Below, in pieces: positions 57,827 through 64,000 of a stretch of DNA of 64,000 nt. Below the pieces are notes generated by a model. It ran no database searches and was not told where the DNA came from. It saw nothing but the letters and a program-made list of their open reading frames with translations. Every line of letters begins with the position of its first letter. Position 1 is the stretch's first letter. Source of the DNA: an uncultured Gammaproteobacteria bacterium (GTDB lineage Bacteria; Patescibacteriota; Microgenomatia; CAYXHB01); contig CAZLQM010000001.1 in the NCBI GenBank assembly GCA_964561945.1, forward strand, positions 25,655-89,654. Reading direction: 5' to 3'. The position numbers and the translations under genes are program-made.

Positions 57827-59653
57827 ATGGTTTTGGGTAAAAAACTTAGCGCAGAGAAATGGAAAATATTGTTAGGAATAGTAGTGGTGTTTTTTTGGAT
57901 CATAACTAGATTCGGTTTTTTGAATTGGGGAGCACCTTGGTATTTCCATCCTGACGAACGAAATGTCGCGACTGCTGCCGCGCGGATTTACGATCAAGTT
58001 AATGATGGTGTCGCTGATGCATATAATCCACATTTTTTTGCATACGGAGGGCTTCCAATTTATATCATCTTTGGAATCACCTCTATCGTGACTCACTTCC
58101 GTGATCAAGCTGATCCTTTCGTGGTCGCCATTCTTGTAAGTAGGGCTATGAGTGCTATTTGGATGGTTTTAATTCCAATTATGACATGGAAGCTTGCTTT
58201 GTATTGGGGAAAAGGAGTGGCAAAATATAGTTTTTTGCTGAGTATCTTTTGTGTGGGATATATTCAGTTTGCGCGATTTGGAACTTTCGAGAGTTGGTTG
58301 ACATTTAATTATCTATTGTTACTACATCTAGTAATTAAATTGTATTATAAATGGTCATTACGACTGTGGTTCGGAGTGTGCTTGATTGCTGGAATTGGTG
58401 TAGCAATTAAAATTCCTAGTTTATATTTATTGGGGTTAATTGGAATAATTTGGACATGGAAATTGTTTAAATTATTACGAAGCACGAGTTATTGGAGAAC
58501 AAAATTTATTGTGTTGAGCAATATGGTAATGTTGGGAATAAGTGGATTATTAGTAGTTTATTGTGTATTTATAATAAGTAATCCCTATGCATTTAGTGAA
58601 CGAATTGTCGACGATTTAAATGTAAATTTGCTTAGTTTCGTAATTAGAACTTTAGTGAAGTCTGTTAATTTTGTAACTCAGAATAATTTATTGAAATTGA
58701 GTAATTTGTCAGACCTATTCGGAAGTGAGTTTTTACATTCGATCAATATTGAAAGGTCTATCGCTATAGGGAAGATCGATGTTTTCTATACTCGTCATTT
58801 CAAAGATACGATTGGCGGTTTATATCATATTGAAATGATTTTGCCGTGGATAACCAGCATTCCAATGGTAATACTGTCCATTGGTGGAATAGTGTCTTTG
58901 ACATGGTCAGCATTGAAGAAAAATACACCAAGTGCCCTACTATTGCTGTGGCTGATACTACAGTTAATTTTTATATTTCCACTTTACGTGAAGTGGACAC
59001 GATATATGATCCCTGTTTTACCTGCGATTATAATCGCAGCAAGTGTTGCAATTAATCAGATACTTTGGTTTATTAATAATCTTTGGTCAGACAAAAAGGT
59101 TAAGAAAATTCTGATATACGGAACCATGTTTAGTTTGGGATGGCATCTGATGTATACATTAATGTTTAGTGTAACCCTCACACAGGAAGACACTCGGATT
59201 GAGGCGGCTGAATGGATGAGAAGATCTATAAATAAAAATGTAAATGTTTTATCTGAAGTTTATGATTTGGGGATTTTGCCATTTAATAATGTTGTACCTA
59301 GTTCTCAAATCACCTTATATAATTTTTATGACATGGATAATTCATCGTTGGAAAACATAAGATTACCTAATGAAATTGTTGATGGCTATGATGTGGTTGT
59401 GGTTTTATCTAGAAGAATTTGGAAAAATTCAATTGATAATAAAGAGTACTATCCTAGAGCTGCAAATTTTTACAGTGAGTTGTTAAATGGAAATTTAGGG
59501 TTTATAAAAGTACAGGAATTCAGCAACTATCCACGATTTGGACCTTTAATAATTAATGACGAAATTAATGCTGAAGAGACTTTTAGTGTATTTGACCATC
59601 CGCGAATTCAAATATGGGTTAATCATGATAAATATGACAAAATTATGATATGA
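57827..59653 (+). CDS. GT-C fold glycosyltransferase (ArnT/PMT-like)
   Basis: 'WYFHPDERNVATAAARIYD' first-loop DE motif and a C-terminal soluble domain. 608 aa, multi-TM. Confidence 0.7.
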   Translation: MVLGKKLSAEKWKILLGIVVVFFWIITRFGFLNWGAPWYFHPDERNVATAAARIYDQVNDGVADAYNPHFFAYGGLPIYIIFGITSIVTHFRDQADPFVVAILVSRAMSAIWMVLIPIMTWKLALYWGKGVAKYSFLLSIFCVGYIQFARFGTFESWLTFNYLLLLHLVIKLYYKWSLRLWFGVCLIAGIGVAIKIPSLYLLGLIGIIWTWKLFKLLRSTSYWRTKFIVLSNMVMLGISGLLVVYCVFIISNPYAFSERIVDDLNVNLLSFVIRTLVKSVNFVTQNNLLKLSNLSDLFGSEFLHSINIERSIAIGKIDVFYTRHFKDTIGGLYHIEMILPWITSIPMVILSIGGIVSLTWSALKKNTPSALLLLWLILQLIFIFPLYVKWTRYMIPVLPAIIIAASVAINQILWFINNLWSDKKVKKILIYGTMFSLGWHLMYTLMFSVTLTQEDTRIEAAEWMRRSINKNVNVLSEVYDLGILPFNNVVPSSQITLYNFYDMDNSSLENIRLPNEIVDGYDVVVVLSRRIWKNSIDNKEYYPRAANFYSELLNGNLGFIKVQEFSNYPRFGPLIINDEINAEETFSVFDHPRIQIWVNHDKYDKIMI

Positions 59654-61392
59654 GAAATAAAATTTGGTTTAACATCGGTTTATTGATAGTACTAATCACT
59701 GGTTGGGGTTTGCGCATATGGGGCATTAATTGGGATAGTGGTTATCATTTCCATCCTGACGAACGAAAAATTATTATGGTTGCAAATGAAATCAGATGGG
59801 TTAATCCAATTACAGATTGGGAAACGTTTAGTTCTATAGATTCGGGATTAAATCCGAAATTTTTTGCATATGGTAGTTTTCCTATTTACTTATTATCTTT
59901 TGCCTCTAATACTATCGGAAATGTGCTGGGTGATCGTGGGGTTGCGAGTTATGACGGGATGTTGATGGTGGGGAGATTGTTGTCGGCGATGTTCGATACA
60001 TTGACTATATTAGTTGTGTTTTGGATTGGAAGAAAAATCAGGGATGAAAAATTAGGATTAATAAGTGCGTTTTTGTATGCAATTGCTGTTTTCCCAATTC
60101 AAACAAGTCATTTCTATGCTGTCGATACGTTGCTGAGTTTGTTAATGGCGAGCTTATTGTTTGTAATAATTTCGGTAAAAAAAATCTCGTATAAACAAAT
60201 CATAATTGTTGGAGCATTGATTGGATTAGGGCTGGGAACAAAAGCTAGTGCAGTAATCGGACTTATATTCTGGTTATTGTGGTTAACAGCTCAAATAATA
60301 TCTCCTGATAAATTGAATTTAAATAATAAAAGTAGTTATTGGAAAAGGATTGTGGTAGTTATTAAGTGGGGAACTTTGTCATTAATTATTGCGATCGGAG
60401 TATTAAGCATCGTCCAACCATATATGTGGTATGACAAGGTAGCTTTCTGGGGTGATCTGAGTAGCCAGTCGCGAATGAGATATGATGCTTGGACTTTCCC
60501 ATATACGCGACAATATATTGGGACTAAGCCATATATCTATAATGTCGAACAGATTGTGCGATTTGGATTAGGGATTGGACAAACTGTTTTTGTTTTGTTG
60601 GGTATTGGGGGTTTAGTAAGCATATTGATTAAAAAAAATACAAAGCAATTTGATGTGAGGAGTTTGATATGGGGATGTATTTTGATGCTGGGGTTTGTGG
60701 TTCCATTCGGAATATATAGTGTTAAATTTATGCGATATCTATTGCCAATTTATCCTTGGCTGACAATTCTGGGTGGGGTAGGTATCATTTACGCGACAAA
60801 TCTATTTACTAACGCTAAACGAAATTTCGTATATGTAGGACTGGGAATAATTATGGCGATGACGTTACTGTGGACATGGGGATTTATGAACATTTATAAT
60901 GTAAAAAATACAAGGATTTCAGCCAGTATTTGGATAAATAGAAACTTGAAATCTGGTTCGACATTGGCAATAGAACACTGGGATGACGCAATCCCAGTTC
61001 CCCCTTGGGGAAGTCAATTCCAAGAAGTGACACTTGCGTTATATGAACCAGACAATGAAATGAAATGGCGATTAATTAGTCAACAACTGGCTCAAGCCGA
61101 TGCGATTGTTATTGCAAGCAATAGGCTTTATGCGCCTTTGACGAGGTTGACTGATAAATATCCTGTAGCTAGCGAGTATTATAAAAAATTGTTTAATAAT
61201 GAACTTGGTTTTAAACTCGAATTGAAAGACAGTAATTATCCTAGGATTGGTAATTATGAAATTGCTGATGACGAGGCAGATGAAAGTTTTCATGTTTACG
61301 ATCATCCCAAGATTTTGGTTTATAAAAAGAAAGTTGGATATACAGCTGAACAATACTATGATTTAATTACAAATGGAAATTTGGAAATATGA
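59650..61392 (+). CDS. GT-C fold glycosyltransferase (ArnT/PMT-like), tandem paralog
   Basis: 'YHFHPDERKIIMVANEI' and the same architecture. Overlaps the upstream gene by 4 bp. Confidence 0.7.
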   Translation: MRNKIWFNIGLLIVLITGWGLRIWGINWDSGYHFHPDERKIIMVANEIRWVNPITDWETFSSIDSGLNPKFFAYGSFPIYLLSFASNTIGNVLGDRGVASYDGMLMVGRLLSAMFDTLTILVVFWIGRKIRDEKLGLISAFLYAIAVFPIQTSHFYAVDTLLSLLMASLLFVIISVKKISYKQIIIVGALIGLGLGTKASAVIGLIFWLLWLTAQIISPDKLNLNNKSSYWKRIVVVIKWGTLSLIIAIGVLSIVQPYMWYDKVAFWGDLSSQSRMRYDAWTFPYTRQYIGTKPYIYNVEQIVRFGLGIGQTVFVLLGIGGLVSILIKKNTKQFDVRSLIWGCILMLGFVVPFGIYSVKFMRYLLPIYPWLTILGGVGIIYATNLFTNAKRNFVYVGLGIIMAMTLLWTWGFMNIYNVKNTRISASIWINRNLKSGSTLAIEHWDDAIPVPPWGSQFQEVTLALYEPDNEMKWRLISQQLAQADAIVIASNRLYAPLTRLTDKYPVASEYYKKLFNNELGFKLELKDSNYPRIGNYEIADDEADESFHVYDHPKILVYKKKVGYTAEQYYDLITNGNLEI

Positions 61393-63782
61393 TTAATATT
61401 ATAAATTGGTGGGCAACTTGGTGGTTACTCGGCATAGTATCTTTGCCTGTAACGATTCGATTATTCAAATCGTTGAATGATGAGGGTTATGCAGTGGCGC
61501 GGTTATTGGGTGTATTAGTAATTTCATATGTTGTGTGGTTGTTGGCTTCGATAAAAGTAATGCCTTTTTCGTTAGTCGGCGTTTGGTCTATCTTAATTAT
61601 TTGGACTTTGATAAATGGCTATTTATATAAAATAAATCAGAAAGACGACATAGAAATTATTAAAATTTATTGGTGGAAGTGGATACGTATTGAAATGATT
61701 TTTGTTTTTTTTCTTGCGTTTTGGAGTTTAATCAGAAGTTTTTATCCTGATATTAATGGCTTGGAAAAATTTATGGATTATGGATTTATGAATTCTATAT
61801 TACGGAGTGATTATTTTCCACCTCATGATATGTGGTATGCCGGTGGTTCAATAAACTATTATTACTACGGGCACTATGTTAGTGCCTTGGTTACAAAAAT
61901 ATCTCAGGTTCCTAGTCAAATTAGTTACAACTTGATGATTAGTACTATCTTAGCAAACGCTGCAATTGCTATTTATTCATTGGTTGGTAGCATCGTAGAA
62001 TGGACTTGGGGAGATAAAAAAAATAGTAGTTTGATATGGGTTAAATTCGGTGGAACGTTAGCTGTATTTTTATTATTACTACGAGGAAATTTACATCTGG
62101 GTGCATATGAACTGGGTAAGATGCTAAGTAGCTGTGAAACACGAACTGACGGCACTATGACCAATTGTGTTTCCAAATATAGTGGTATTAACAAAGGATG
62201 GTTCCCTGATGTTTCCAAACCATACTGGTATCCTGATGCTACTCGCTATATCCCCTACACTATCCATGAATTTCCTATATATAGCTTTGTGGTGGCTGAT
62301 TTGCATGCCCATTTAATTAATTTGCCATTTGTACTTTTGTATCTATCGCTTTTGCTTCAATTGATTAAAGAATCGTATACGAAGCTTGGGAAATGGCTTG
62401 TGGCTGGGTGGATATTGGGAATTTTCTATATGACGAATGCATGGGATTGGCCAATTTATATGTTGCTTACCGGCATGTGTTTGTTATATTTGCAGTTTTC
62501 AAATATATTGAAATTCACTTCTAAACAATGGTTATGGATTCAAGGAACTGGATTAACTATATTTGCAGCGCTAGTCGGACTTTGGGGGATTGCTATTAAA
62601 ACAACTCTTTTTTCTAGTGGCAATGATAACTTTGAATGGCCATTGATTATTGCAAGTCTAGTTTTGACAATTATCGGAGTTAGCGTGACTAAACAAATTA
62701 AAATCAAAGACTGGGCAAATGTGAAAGATGTTTTATATGGATTAGTTTTGCCTTGTCTGATTATATTGGGAATATCAATTTTGGTTGCCTTACCTTTTCA
62801 TTTGAAATTCGAACAAATAGCTCAAGGAGTTGGGCTGGTAACAACAAGGTCAGAAATTTCTAAACTATTAACGCTTTGGGGGTGGGATTTATTTACGGGG
62901 TTGATACTTATTGGAATTATGGTGCTTAGTAAGCTCGGTAAAATTAAGCAGATTGATTTTAGCTTGGATGGAATAATGGTAGTTATTTGGTTACTAGGAA
63001 TTATTTTAATAATAATTCCTGAATTTATATATGTTAAAGATATATATATTCAGGAATATCATCGAGCCAATACAATGTTTAAATTAGTTTATCAGTCTTG
63101 GACGTTGTTTTCGATTGTATCTGCTTATACAGTAATTAGACTTATACGATTAACTCTTGGGCGTGTTGGTAATATAATCCGTGTGCCATTAATTATGGTA
63201 ATCATTCTAATGTTGTGGCAAATGGCGAGATATCCTGTAATTGCAATTAACTCTTATTATCCAATGTTTAATTCCATAACAGGTGAATTAAACATTGATA
63301 AAATGCACAATGGTTTGGATGGAGAATTATGGCTAAAAGATCAAAATGCTAATGAATATGCATTACTGAAAAGTCTAAAGAAAATTGAAGGCTCGCCTGT
63401 TATTCTGGAGGCACCGGGAGATAGTTATACAGAGTTTAATCGATTCTCTTCGTATACTGGACTGCCAACCGTTGAGGGCTGGCTGGTGCATGAATGGTTG
63501 TGGCGAGGAAGCTATGATGGCCCTGGGCGGAGAGCCAGCGAAGTGGAACATATTTATACTGCAGCAGATGAAAATTCGGAAAGATCAGTCTACGATGGAC
63601 CGCCAATTCCTAATGTCAAAGAATTAATCAAGAAATATGGGATAAAATATATAATAATAGGAGAGAAAGAGCGTGATAAATATGGAAGAGTTGATGCAAG
63701 ATTGAACGTAGACTTAATAAAAAGTTTGGCCGATGAGATTTTTGTTGCTGGAGATAGTAGATTATATAAAGTTAGGGAGTAA
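61389..63782 (+). CDS. 797-aa polytopic membrane protein with a C-terminal soluble domain, GT-C-like (possibly DUF2298-type)
   Basis: About 15 TM helices and a 'SINYYYYGHYVSA' loop, with a ~170-aa soluble C-terminus. Overlaps the upstream gene by 4 bp. Confidence 0.55.
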   Translation: MINIINWWATWWLLGIVSLPVTIRLFKSLNDEGYAVARLLGVLVISYVVWLLASIKVMPFSLVGVWSILIIWTLINGYLYKINQKDDIEIIKIYWWKWIRIEMIFVFFLAFWSLIRSFYPDINGLEKFMDYGFMNSILRSDYFPPHDMWYAGGSINYYYYGHYVSALVTKISQVPSQISYNLMISTILANAAIAIYSLVGSIVEWTWGDKKNSSLIWVKFGGTLAVFLLLLRGNLHLGAYELGKMLSSCETRTDGTMTNCVSKYSGINKGWFPDVSKPYWYPDATRYIPYTIHEFPIYSFVVADLHAHLINLPFVLLYLSLLLQLIKESYTKLGKWLVAGWILGIFYMTNAWDWPIYMLLTGMCLLYLQFSNILKFTSKQWLWIQGTGLTIFAALVGLWGIAIKTTLFSSGNDNFEWPLIIASLVLTIIGVSVTKQIKIKDWANVKDVLYGLVLPCLIILGISILVALPFHLKFEQIAQGVGLVTTRSEISKLLTLWGWDLFTGLILIGIMVLSKLGKIKQIDFSLDGIMVVIWLLGIILIIIPEFIYVKDIYIQEYHRANTMFKLVYQSWTLFSIVSAYTVIRLIRLTLGRVGNIIRVPLIMVIILMLWQMARYPVIAINSYYPMFNSITGELNIDKMHNGLDGELWLKDQNANEYALLKSLKKIEGSPVILEAPGDSYTEFNRFSSYTGLPTVEGWLVHEWLWRGSYDGPGRRASEVEHIYTAADENSERSVYDGPPIPNVKELIKKYGIKYIIIGEKERDKYGRVDARLNVDLIKSLADEIFVAGDSRLYKVRE

Positions 63783-63845
63783 TTAATGGTATGAGGAAAG
63801 CTGTTTAGTTTTTGAGCTTAATATAAAGTATAATATCCATAGTCT

Positions 63846-64000
63846 ATGAAGTTTTTTGCTGTCTTAATTACTTTAATTGTTTTTTGGGGGTTAGTTCCAT
63901 CTATTAATGACGTAAGTGCGTATACGGATTGGGATAGGCAGTATTTCCCTTCAATTGCAATGCACAATGAAATTGAAACTGAAAAATTTTTGATTGATTC
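63846..64000 (+). CDS. secreted or membrane protein, N-terminal fragment that continues beyond the window
   Basis: 'MKFFAVLITLIVFWGLVPSINDVSAYTD' signal-peptide-like start. The frame stays open to the window end. Confidence 0.3.
   Translation, partial: MKFFAVLITLIVFWGLVPSINDVSAYTDWDRQYFPSIAMHNEIETEKFLID

Noticed and set aside
1-64000. CRISPR arrays, transposases, integrases, phage genes
   Set aside because: The only direct repeat found is the single 73-bp duplication at 15666-15811. No DDE transposase, tyrosine/serine recombinase or cas signature was present in any ORF.

Overview
This 64-kb window is low-GC, densely packed and almost entirely coding. The gene content (very short IF2, type-II DnaJ, short HrcA, many GT-C glycosyltransferases, PilN/PilO without other pilus genes) resembles a small-genome Patescibacteria/CPR-like bacterium; that placement is inference. 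All protein-family calls rest on conserved motifs I could read in the translations; no database search was possible.

Reading left to right:
- 1-1836: an RNA-turnover pair, partial DHH/NrnA phosphoesterase plus a PolB-exonuclease-like 3'-5' exonuclease.
- 1949-5145: a GT-C glycosyltransferase and a cellulose-synthase-like GT2.
- 5146-7368: a C39-like peptidase, a helical protein and a 2H phosphoesterase.
- 7396-9512: YifB/ComM ATPase coupled to a cyclase-family hydrolase.
- 9538-15121: lon, a PAP2 phosphatase, lysS, greA.
- 15330-15811: a DUF1761-like membrane gene whose 5' end lies in a perfect 73-bp tandem duplication.
- 15837-28922: a large glycosylation island with six GT2, one GT4, a Wzx flippase, an ArnT/PMT-like GT-C, a DPM1-like polyprenyl-phosphate GT2 and a 1015-aa membrane protein.
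- 29021-32146: a crtI-crtB-UbiA prenyltransferase cluster.
- 32162-41016: YtxH-like, DUF948-like, RodZ-like, ftsK, rnj, a Lon-derived AAA+-only protein, pnp, rpsO.
- 41028-44555: a catalytically degenerate NrnA-like protein, infB, nusA, preceded by an attenuator-like intrinsic terminator.
- 44556-45177: a 620-bp ORF-free region.
- 45178-49321: hrcA-grpE-dnaK-dnaJ with two CIRCE operators.
- 49349-53367: lepA, murJ, rpsT.
- 53502-56528: pilN-like, pilO-like and two surface proteins.
- 56552-63782: a second glycosylation module, a Glf-like flavoprotein followed by three translationally coupled large GT-C-like membrane proteins.

No tRNA, rRNA, CRISPR array or transposase/integrase was found. The most unusual items are the standalone Lon AAA+ module inside the PNPase-RNase J operon, the dead NrnA paralog, the 73-bp duplication, the carotenoid-like cluster, and the extreme concentration of GT-C enzymes next to Thr/Pro-rich surface proteins.
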